A DNA stretch of 64,000 nucleotides from an uncultured Dehalococcoidia bacterium (lineage in GTDB: Bacteria > Chloroflexota > Dehalococcoidia > Lucifugimonadales > UBA1127): NCBI GenBank assembly GCA_951812285.1, contig OX638292.1:971008-1035007 (forward strand), read 5' to 3'. Of this stretch, positions 63,961 through 64,000 are shown one piece after another (the stretch's first letter is position 1; each line of letters starts with the position of its first letter). The notes beneath the pieces were generated by a model that had not been told where the DNA came from, ran no database searches, and saw only the letters and a list, made by a program, of their open reading frames with translations. Position numbers and translations under genes: made by a program.

Positions 63961-64000
63961 TGCCCTTCGACACAGAAGCGCCCAGGCGGGCGCTTCCTCT

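Overview
High-GC bacterial DNA with strong GGAGG-type Shine-Dalgarno usage; the taxon cannot be determined from the sequence alone. All calls rest on reading the sequence and the ORF track. No database search, structure prediction or RNA folding was run, and many start codons are provisional.

Layout:
(1) 1 to ~18.2 kb is the right-hand part of a plasmid/ICE-like mobile element. It carries an iteron-like repeat array, a CHC2/Toprim primase, a Rad52-type annealase, a Cas4-like nuclease, SSB, RadC, an NPPY DNA methyltransferase with an SNF2 helicase, a PRTRC/Bil-like Ubl-E2-JAB-E1 cassette, and DUF2958. No capsid, tail or conjugation genes are in the window.
(2) 17.8-29.7 kb is a very plastic locus of secreted LRR, FN3 and PPC-domain proteins. 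It holds three near-identical copies plus one decayed copy of an 81-aa HTH gene, several recombination scars, and three copies of a conserved leader. That leader contains a poly-C tract (13, 16 or 18 nt) inside a candidate poly-proline upstream ORF that ends at or just before the start codon of the large FN3 genes. I consider this the most unusual structure in the window.
(3) 29.7-32.1 kb encodes a one-polypeptide GAF/PAS histidine kinase fused to a complete OmpR-type response regulator. It is divergent from the FN3 gene across a promoter region with four GTGAC(G) direct repeats.
(4) 32.1-36.3 kb is a lower-GC island with three orphan genes (DUF2971-like, HEPN-like, PLD nuclease fusion). It is interrupted by a displaced copy of the regulator's 3' end.
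(5) 36.3-44.7 kb encodes WD40, a COG0523 GTPase, a cupin, an OsmC-family gene with an in-frame TGA at the catalytic Cys position, an MFS transporter, an SDR and a NarL-type two-component system.
(6) 45-53.1 kb encodes an XRE-membrane protein, a lipoprotein and a 1838-aa kexin-like S8 protease mosaic.
(7) A second, paralogous NarL-type two-component system follows, then a multi-gene Mrp-type cation/proton antiporter cluster and tRNA-Ala(UGC).
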